Origin: Thermodesulfobacteriota bacterium
GTDB taxonomy: Bacteria > Desulfobacterota > WTBG01 > JAGOGO01
DNA length: 32,000 bases
Reading direction: 5' to 3'
Assembly (NCBI GenBank): GCA_026625185.1
Contig: CP113000.1
Coordinates: forward strand, 2,235,622-2,267,621
How positions within the stretch are numbered: position 1 is the stretch's first letter; every line of letters starts with the position of its first letter. Positions 25,090 to 32,000 of this stretch are shown here, piece by piece. The notes under the pieces were generated by a model. It searched no databases. It was not told the DNA's origin and saw only the letters and a program-made list of their open reading frames with translations. Made by a program: the position numbers and the translations under genes.

Positions 25090-26098
25090 AGGGCGTGTTG
25101 CCCAAAGCTCTTTGAAATCAAAATAGTTCAATGCGACGGGATTAGGCTTCAGTATATACCGAGTTCATTATAGCAACCGGTAAAGCATGCCCAATTTGAT
25201 GAATCAGGTTGCTCATTGAAGCAAAAGCCAAGTTTGTTGCTTTTGTAAGCGCTTTTTAACCTGGTTTAATGCCATCGCAACGGGTTTTTTTGGCATAGCG
25301 CCATACTTTACTAACACCTGGATGTTCTGGATAGCGCAGACAAGGTATTCCTGTATTCGCATCCGCCAAAGTTCTCGCCACCGGGCTTGGTCATAACCAT
25401 AACGCTTAGACCAGGCAAAGGAACGCTCCATCAAGTGTTGTCTGGTTCTTAAGTCACGCCTGGACTTCGACGAGCGGCGCGCTTCCAGCATATGATAGTT
25501 TTCATGAAGCTGGTGCTTGAGAGATTTGGTGTCTAAAACAGACTTATTGGAGGCATTGGCATCAATGAGGCTTGAATCGATGAAAATTTTACTGCCCTCT
25601 ACCAATCCGGCTTCAACGCACTGGATGAAAATGCGCTCGAAAAAGCTTTTAAAAACCTCTGAGCCCCATTTCTTTCTCGCTTTGGACAAAACACTGTGGG
25701 TGGGAATCTCAGAGTCTAAATCAAAATCCAAAAACCACAGCCAATCAATCCGCTCCGGAATTGTTTCCATCAACTCACGTTCCGAGCGTACATTTTAGAA
25801 GATAAGCAGAAGCATAAGCTTTAAGATAACCGGCGGGGGAACGGAGACATTGCCATTATGGCCGTAGCATTCATTTACTTCCTGATAGATAAAGTCAAAA
25901 TCTATGACCTCGCTCACCTTTCTCAAAGGATGGTTCGACCGAACTCGTTTATCAATGTTAATGTCGTAATGAAACAGGCTTCTTTGTGGCCTTTGCTGCA
26001 TTCCCATCATCGACGAAAACTCCTTGAATCGGTGTTTAATATTGCAGCATTATATCATTTAATTTTTTCTTGGAATACTTATTTGGGCAACACGCCCT
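25090..26098 (-). mobile_element. IS1182/IS5-like insertion sequence, internally deleted and nonsense-mutated, with intact 17-bp terminal inverted repeats
   Basis: AGGGCGTGTTGCCCAAA at 25090-25106 is the exact reverse complement of TTTGGGCAACACGCCCT at 26082-26098. These repeats bracket the transposase remnants. At 1009 bp the element is far shorter than intact family members. Confidence 0.8.
25213..26010 (-). pseudogene. IS1182/IS5-family transposase pseudogene (in-frame TAA at 25795-25797; DDE core missing)
   Basis: The N-terminal DUF772-like part reads SLFHYDI...NHPLRKVSEVIDFDFI...VILKLMLLLIF-TAA-NVRSERELMETIPERIDWLWFL. The C-terminal part reads HLMERSFAWSKRYGYDQARWRELWRMRIQEYLVCAIQNIQVL, a typical IS1182 C-terminus. 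The catalytic region between them is absent. Confidence 0.8.
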
Positions 26099-26465
26099 CA
26101 AAAGGCTGCTCTCCCACCAGTTCCTTGAGTCTGGTATTCTGTTCCCTGAGCTGTTTGACTTCAGTTTGAGTGGCATCACGAAGACTGTCTGCCTTTAGAC
26201 GGGCTTTGCCTTCCATAAAATCCTTGAGCCAGGGATAATACAGGGCAGAGGAGATCCCTTCTCACCGGCAAAGGTCGTAAATCGGCATCTCCTTGCGGAA
26301 GCCCTCCAATACGATCCTGATCTTGTCTTCGGCTAAAAACTTTCGGCGGGTTTTAGCCCTAATTTCCCTTATAGCGTTGCTGCACTGTCTGCCCTGCCGG
26401 TTACTTGTTCTTTTTGTTCTTGGGTAGTTGTTTCCATGGTCTTTTCCCTTTCTGACTGCTTCCAT
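26099..26465 (-). pseudogene. IS3-family OrfA (HTH transposase subunit) remnant, nonsense-mutated and truncated by the neighbouring IS
   Basis: It reads RRKFLAEDKIRIVLEGFRKEMPIYDLCR-TGA(26262-26264)-EGISSALYYPWLKDFMEGKARL...TEVKQLREQNTRLKELVGEQ. This is the HTH plus leucine-zipper layout of IS3/IS911 OrfA. It ends exactly at the inverted repeat of the IS1182-like element, and no OrfB is present. Confidence 0.7.
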
Positions 26466-26633
26466 TATAGTCGTCTTTTCCACCCAGACCAACCTTAAAA
26501 GTGCAAAATAAAATTTGTCCGGTTCTTTCCAATCATTGCTGAAGATGCACACCTCGGTTCATGGTTCCACAAGTTCACCATGAACCGACCGCGGGTAAGA
26601 TACAGTCTCTTTGGGTAAGGGGAACCGAAATGT

Positions 26634-27737
26634 TTAATTAGCCAGCCTTTGGGCTGCGTAAAAAATCCCATTCGTGACCCGGGCAAGAGAAGGATAATCG
26701 ATTTTATCCGGGGTATCTTCCGGTGTATGATAGTAAGGGTAACGGAAGGGAGCAGTATCAGTCACCATGATGGCTGGATAGTTATATTTCCAGAAGGAAC
26801 TATGGTCTGACCACTCGATACCGGGAATAAAACCGAAAGTTGCCACACATTCAACAGGAAAGTCGACCCCTTCCATAAAATATTGGGTAAAAGTTTTGAC
26901 GAGTTTCCGCGACCTGATGTTGCCAACCACACCCAAAAAATTACCTTTATCAGGATAAAAAAAATTAAGCGGCGGAGGATAGCGTTGGCTTTTGGGGATT
27001 TCGCTGTAATATCCAATTGTTTCCAAACTTACCATCGCGATAATTTTTTCTCTCTGTTCCCGGCATCTTTGGGCATAGGCCCGGCTTCCCATCGATTTTT
27101 TTTGGAAAAAAGGCGGCTCTTCATTGGTGAATGCCACCAAACGCACGGTTTTCTTTTGGGGCGTATGATTAAATAACCGACTTATTTCCAGGAGCGATGC
27201 CACTGCTGAGCCATTATCATTTGCTCCTGGCGAGCCAATGACTGAATCATAATGAGCACCAAGTAAAATGATTTCCCCGGTTTTTTCTGTACCGGGTATC
27301 TCGATGCTTAAATTTTCACACGAAAGGCCTTCAACTAAAAAAGCCTGTTTTATTACCTCATAACCCAGATTTTGCCAGATTGTGTAGATATAAAAAGCGG
27401 CTTTATGTAAGTTCTCGGGGATAAAAAGGTTTCTTTCCCCAATTTTTCCAGCCAAAGCAGTTACATGGTCCTTAAGCCGATTGCCCAGCTCATTAATTCT
27501 TTGTTTTTCCCCTTTATTTATTTTAGGACTTTCTATTGGGGGCCTGAATTTCATCATGGCAAAGCTTACCCCAAGAAAAAAGGATAAAATCAAGGTGAGA
27601 GTTGTTCCAATAATAAAACCTTCTTTTAATCTGAAGCCTATTTTCAAAGTTTTAGAAAAAAAGAGAAAAGGGAAAGGGTGAAAAATAAAATATTTTCTGT
27701 ATATTAGGCAAAAATATTGCTCAGTTACTGTCAACAA
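26634..27737 (-). CDS. M28-family zinc aminopeptidase, membrane-anchored
   Basis: GAHYDSVIGSPGANDNGSAVASLLEISR and FTNEEPPFF are M28 metal-ligand motifs. A TM helix (IIGTTLTLILSFFLGVSFAMM) precedes the domain. The start is uncertain (track TTG at 27737, no nearby ATG). Confidence 0.85.
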   Translation of the reverse strand: MLTVTEQYFCLIYRKYFIFHPFPFLFFSKTLKIGFRLKEGFIIGTTLTLILSFFLGVSFAMMKFRPPIESPKINKGEKQRINELGNRLKDHVTALAGKIGERNLFIPENLHKAAFYIYTIWQNLGYEVIKQAFLVEGLSCENLSIEIPGTEKTGEIILLGAHYDSVIGSPGANDNGSAVASLLEISRLFNHTPQKKTVRLVAFTNEEPPFFQKKSMGSRAYAQRCREQREKIIAMVSLETIGYYSEIPKSQRYPPPLNFFYPDKGNFLGVVGNIRSRKLVKTFTQYFMEGVDFPVECVATFGFIPGIEWSDHSSFWKYNYPAIMVTDTAPFRYPYYHTPEDTPDKIDYPSLARVTNGIFYAAQRLAN

Positions 27738-27795
27738 AGATTAGACTTTACATTAATTCAAAAAGATCATACCTCCCTAAATGTTAACTTATTAA

Positions 27796-28050
27796 TTATA
27801 AAAGTAATTTAATGGGTTGCGCTTCGCGCTCGATTTTCGTTCCCACTGAATTTCCGCAATAAACACAAAGATAATCATATTTATCTCCCTCAGGCAGAGC
27901 TAAAAGAAGCCGTTTTCTTACCGGGACCGCCTCCTTACACTGAGAGCAAAATAAAACCGTAGCTTCAAGCTGGTCAAATTGCTTAGGAGAATGCTCATGA
28001 TTTGATCCGAAAGGATCAAAATCAGCAAAATCATTACCCGAAAATTTCAC
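27796..28050 (-). CDS. small zinc-ribbon protein (CxxC...CxxC), function unknown
   Basis: 84 aa. GTG start is preceded by GAGGAGGG. CSQCKE and CVYCGN pairs lie about 32 residues apart. Confidence 0.6.
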   Translation of the reverse strand: MKFSGNDFADFDPFGSNHEHSPKQFDQLEATVLFCSQCKEAVPVRKRLLLALPEGDKYDYLCVYCGNSVGTKIEREAQPIKLLL

Positions 28051-28370
28051 TCAAACCCTCCTCGATTGATTTTAAATGCCAAAAAAGTAAGCTTTAAGAT
28101 TGGTTTTCTTCTTTTATTTTAATAAAGTATTTCGGTTTTTAAAAAAAATATTAATTTTATGGTCTTAAACGTGCCGGGCTTGCCTTGCGCCACGAAAAAA
28201 TGTTTATTGATAGTTATGAAAGTCTTTGAGTTCTTAACCGTTAACTACAGCGATGATAATAAATTCATTGACAAAAAAAATATGAAGTGATACCGGAAAT
28301 AAAACCACTCTTCGGTCTTCATGGTGCCGAGGGGAAACTATCTGATAAAAGATTGGCCTGAACAGCCAAA

Positions 28371-28442
<72 letters not shown>

Positions 28443-28464
28443 ATTATGTTTATATTACAATATA

Positions 28465-29514
28465 TTAGCAATAATCTTCTTTGCCTTCAAATCGTCTTGG
28501 TGTCCAATTAGTGTCCAAAAGATTATCCAGTTTCTCTACCGCTTCCTGCACAAATTCAGGTGAAAGATGCGAATACCGCATAGTCATTTTGATTTCTTTA
28601 TGGCCCATCACCTGCTGGATTGTTCTGGGGTTCACCCCTTTCATGGCTAGATGCGAGCCAAACGTATGCCTGAGATCGTGAAACCTAAAATCCTCAATTC
28701 CCGCCTTCTTAAGGGCGGAGGAAAAACTCTTTTTAACGTCCTTGAACGGATTACCATCTCGGCCAGAAAAAACATGCGCACCCTTGTTTGATTTCTGAGC
28801 CAAGATCAAGAGCTCCTGATAAAGGGTACGATTGATCGGAATCACCCTCGACTCATTATTTTTCGTATTAACTACCGTAACTTTTCGGTTCTCTAAATCC
28901 ACGTGTGACCATTTTAAAGTAAGGACCTCAGATCTTCTCATGCCAGTGTTTAAAGCAGTGACAACGATGGGTCTAATGTGCTCGGAACAGGCTTGAAGAA
29001 GGGTTTTAATCTCCTCCGGTTTTAAATATCTCAGACGGCCAGGTGGTTCCTTAAGGAGCTTCACTCCCTTTGCCGGATTGATCCTTGCATAACCCCATTC
29101 CATGGCTTTAGTATACATATGCTTAAGACAGGCCAATTCCCGATTTACCGTGGCTGGTTCTACTTTTTCCAACCTCATCGCCTTATATTTCTCAATCAAC
29201 TGGGGTGTGATTTCAAAGAGATATTTCCCTTGAAAGGTAGCTTTAAGGCTGTTGGTACTAAAACGATCACTCCGCTCATAGGTTGCAACCGATTTATTAG
29301 CCTTGGAATATTCCAAATACTCCCGGACATACTCTTCAAAAAGAATCTTCTTTTCTTCCAGGACACCGAGATATTCTTTTTTGGCAATCTTTACCTGGAC
29401 ATCCATTAAGACCTGCTCCGCCAGTTTTCTGGACGGGCCAACCTTCTTCCTTTTCCGCCTGCCTTTCAGATAATAATCTATATACCAGTTGGTCCCTTTT
29501 TTATAGATTCCCAC
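28465..29514 (-). CDS. tyrosine-type site-specific recombinase / phage-type integrase
   Basis: 349 aa. The GTG start has an AAGGAAA RBS. The N-terminal SAM-like domain reads GIYKKGTNWYIDYYLKGRRKRKKVG. The catalytic residues are present: R (GMRRSEVLTLKW), HxxR (HDLRHTFGS) and Y (MTMRYSHL). Confidence 0.93.
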   Translation of the reverse strand: MGIYKKGTNWYIDYYLKGRRKRKKVGPSRKLAEQVLMDVQVKIAKKEYLGVLEEKKILFEEYVREYLEYSKANKSVATYERSDRFSTNSLKATFQGKYLFEITPQLIEKYKAMRLEKVEPATVNRELACLKHMYTKAMEWGYARINPAKGVKLLKEPPGRLRYLKPEEIKTLLQACSEHIRPIVVTALNTGMRRSEVLTLKWSHVDLENRKVTVVNTKNNESRVIPINRTLYQELLILAQKSNKGAHVFSGRDGNPFKDVKKSFSSALKKAGIEDFRFHDLRHTFGSHLAMKGVNPRTIQQVMGHKEIKMTMRYSHLSPEFVQEAVEKLDNLLDTNWTPRRFEGKEDYC

Positions 29515-29605
29515 TATAGTTTCCTTACGTTATTTTAAAATATAAACTTAGCACGTTTTTAAAAATTAACAAGATCAAAATAAAAATTCAGGATAGTTCC
29601 ACGAA

Positions 29606-32000
29606 TTATAAGAAATCCTTTTTTTCCTCCTCTTTAGTCCGTTGCTTAAGCCACTCTTCCAGGTCTTCTCTCCTGAACTTTACCAGACGTCCCACCTTAA
29701 CATGGGGAACCTTCTTTTGAACAATCCACTCGTAAAGAGTGTTTTTGCTGATTCCTAAAAACTGAGAAGCCTTGGTAGTATCCAGTAATTGTTTCTGTTG
29801 GGAAATTTCTTCAGAAACAACCCTCTTTTCAGAATCCATACCCAAAATCGGGGGGCGGTACAAAAACTCTTTTACCTGGGAAGGAAGGAGAAAGCGAAGC
29901 CTTTCCCACTCCCGTAAGGTAAAATTCTTGCGGGACTCTTTCTTGAGTAAAGGGATGCGCTTTTCATCCGCGCACACGCAGATCACATAATCGTATCCGG
30001 CATCAAGACATTTTCTGATGTTTTGAACTTCCTGCCCGGCTTTCGAAGTGCTGGAAATTTCGATCGCCACCCTGACATCGTCTCGCTTCAATCCCACATC
30101 CACGCTTTCCAGGGACCGCGAAATTCTTTCCTCGATTCTGGCCTTCCATCCATAAAGCTCCGCCTGCTCTTTGAGCATGGTCTGGAGGTGGGTATGAAGG
30201 TCCCCGCCTTTTCCCTTCAGCAGGGATGACTTTTTAAGAATTTCCTGGCCCTGTCCGGTGAGGGTAAGGACTTTGGCCAGGCGTCCCCCTTTTCCTTCCC
30301 GGGTCTCCTCCTGAACGAGCAGATCTCTTTTAATCAATTGTTCCTTCAGCCGGTCTCCTTTATAGCCGCTCAAGCGCAGTTCCTTATATACCTGGGTCAC
30401 AAACATTCCCGGATGTTGGGAGATGAATTCGAGAAGAAGCTCCGCATCCGCAGGGAGTTTTTCGTCCAAAACCGGTTCCGCTTCCTGACGCCGCACCCGC
30501 TTTGACTCTGCTTCTTTTAGGGCCTTCTCGTGGGGTTCGCTCTTCTTTGGTTCTATCAGGGATGGCATTGGAGTCGTTTGCTTTTGGGTCGGGGTTGTCT
30601 CAATCTCCTTCTTGGGGCGACTATAGCGGCTACGGGAAAGCGCGATCAGTTTTTCCTGTTTTTCCTTTAGAGCTTCCGGCGTAATTTCAGACGGAAGCGG
30701 AACGCTGAGATTGAAATCGAACTCCGCCCGCTCGACCCTTACCAGGGCCTCACCGATTCCCAGATTTTGGAGGTCCTCGGCCCCAAAAGATGAAAACCCT
30801 TCCGCCAGTTTCTTGGCATCAAAATCTCCCAGCCGAAAGCAAATCCTGGTATAGGGGTTGGAGATCACGGAATTGGCCACCTCCGTGTCCCGGTTCCAGA
30901 GCTGCCTGAGTTCCTGGTGAGCCAGGATGAGACCCAGGTGGTATTTTCTCGCGCCGGAGAGGATCGCAGCCATGGAGGGAGTGATAAAATTCTGGAATTC
31001 GTCGATATAGAGATAGAAGTTTTCCCTCTCGGTTTCGGTTTTCGCCTGTCTGGACATAACGATCTGGTGGAGCTTGGAGACAATGAGCGTCCCCAGGAGA
31101 TAGGCGTTTTCCTCGCCAATGAGTCCCTGGGCGAGTTTAGCCAGAAAGATTTTTTTGGTGTTTAAGATCTCCTCAAAGTTAAGCCCTTTTTTCTGCATCA
31201 CCAGGTTGCGGATAAGCTTGGGCCTTAAAAAAGTATCCAGCCGGGTGAGCACCGAGGCCTGGGGTTTTCCGGCCAGAAGAGGAAACTCTTTTTTCCAGTA
31301 ATAGACCACTTCCGGGTCTTTTACGGTAGAAAGAAAAGCATTTCGAAAATCCGGCTCCACCAGGAATCGCCTGAGATCAACTAAGGTTCCGCCCTGTTCG
31401 CTTTCCAGAAAGGCCAGGATGGCATTACCCAGGACCGAGGTCATCTGATCGCCCCAGCTGGTGGAAAGCCTCCGGAAGACCGCCACTAAGTCTGAGGATA
31501 AAACGTTCTTTTCAATCTCGGAGTGGCTGGAAAGGATATTGAGGCCGATGGGATACTCGGCATCTGCCGGATCAAGGAGCACCACATCCTTGTACCTCTC
31601 TTCAGGTATAAACCCCAAAATCTTGTCAATCAAATCTCCATGTGGGTCCAAAACCCCCACGCCTTGGCCGTTGGTAATGTCCTGGATGACAAGGTTTAAA
31701 AGCAGGGTGGATTTGCCCGTGCCGGTGGCGCCCACCACATAGGTGTGGCGTAGCCTTTGTTCGGTGCCCAGACCCACGGTTACGGTTTTCCCCTGGTGAA
31801 GGTTTTCTCCCATGGTGAGTTCATGGCCCAGAGCGATTTTGGGAGCGGCTTTGGTTTTTTTCGCCTGCCGAAGAAGTTTCTTGGACTGCACGGAAACCGA
31901 AGGAAGATGCACCAGGGAGACCAGCTCTTCGTTGTTTAACAGCATACCGAATCGGCGGCTCTGGCGGGAAAGAACATCTTCCTGATGAAGAACGTCATCA
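29606..32000 (-). CDS. large multidomain protein: TraD/VirD4/HerA-like P-loop ATPase, linker, wHTH, PD-(D/E)xK-like module and excisionase-type HTH; N-terminus probably beyond the right edge
   Basis: Walker A VGATGTGKS lies at 31709-31735 and Walker B YLYIDEFQNF at 30986-31018, with ARKYHLGLILAHQ also present. The C-terminal ASQFLGISKNTLYEWIVQKKVPHVKVGRLVKFRREDLEEWL is a MerR/Xis-type HTH. The frame stays open upstream of the listed Met (31945) to base 32000 (...DDVLHQEDVLSRQSRRFG-M). Confidence 0.85.
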   Translation of the reverse strand, partial: DDVLHQEDVLSRQSRRFGMLLNNEELVSLVHLPSVSVQSKKLLRQAKKTKAAPKIALGHELTMGENLHQGKTVTVGLGTEQRLRHTYVVGATGTGKSTLLLNLVIQDITNGQGVGVLDPHGDLIDKILGFIPEERYKDVVLLDPADAEYPIGLNILSSHSEIEKNVLSSDLVAVFRRLSTSWGDQMTSVLGNAILAFLESEQGGTLVDLRRFLVEPDFRNAFLSTVKDPEVVYYWKKEFPLLAGKPQASVLTRLDTFLRPKLIRNLVMQKKGLNFEEILNTKKIFLAKLAQGLIGEENAYLLGTLIVSKLHQIVMSRQAKTETERENFYLYIDEFQNFITPSMAAILSGARKYHLGLILAHQELRQLWNRDTEVANSVISNPYTRICFRLGDFDAKKLAEGFSSFGAEDLQNLGIGEALVRVERAEFDFNLSVPLPSEITPEALKEKQEKLIALSRSRYSRPKKEIETTPTQKQTTPMPSLIEPKKSEPHEKALKEAESKRVRRQEAEPVLDEKLPADAELLLEFISQHPGMFVTQVYKELRLSGYKGDRLKEQLIKRDLLVQEETREGKGGRLAKVLTLTGQGQEILKKSSLLKGKGGDLHTHLQTMLKEQAELYGWKARIEERISRSLESVDVGLKRDDVRVAIEISSTSKAGQEVQNIRKCLDAGYDYVICVCADEKRIPLLKKESRKNFTLREWERLRFLLPSQVKEFLYRPPILGMDSEKRVVSEEISQQKQLLDTTKASQFLGISKNTLYEWIVQKKVPHVKVGRLVKFRREDLEEWLKQRTKEEEKKDFL

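Noticed and set aside
24928-25131. 67-aa minus-strand ORF.
   Set aside because: It reads straight across the terminal inverted repeat of the IS1182-like element (25090-25106), so it cannot predate the insertion. It has no RBS.

Overview
This 32-kb window comes from a moderately AT-rich Gram-negative-type bacterial chromosome. The gene content (DapL-type lysine pathway, HypAB, a multi-PAS hybrid kinase, Mla and GldG-type envelope transporters) suggests an anaerobic Desulfobacterota- or Nitrospirota-like lineage, but that is only a guess. Bases 1-21000 are mostly core genes. They hold a purine permease plus apt, transaldolase, folK, dapL, a very large REC-PAS-HK-REC sensor split by an in-frame TGA, and a SAM hydroxide adenosyltransferase. 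They also hold an mlaEFDAC operon, a GldA/F/G-like ABC-2 operon with a DUF4340 gene, a thioesterase, a dodecin and hypAB. Bases 21000-32000 look accessory. They hold a three-gene lipoprotein/WD40 cluster of unknown function, nested dead IS elements (an IS1182-like deletion derivative with intact 17-bp inverted repeats, inserted into an IS3 OrfA remnant), an M28 peptidase and a small zinc-ribbon protein. They end with tRNA-Thr(CGU), a tyrosine integrase and a giant ORF, still open at the right edge, that fuses a TraD/HerA-like ATPase to wHTH, nuclease-like and excisionase-HTH modules. Two more IS remnants (IS630-like, IS5/DUF772-like) lie in the core part. I saw no CRISPR array, rRNA or obvious prophage structural genes. 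The best candidates for something undescribed are the integrase-linked ATPase fusion and the lipoprotein/WD40 cluster. Both calls rest on motif recognition by eye and need profile or structure searches.
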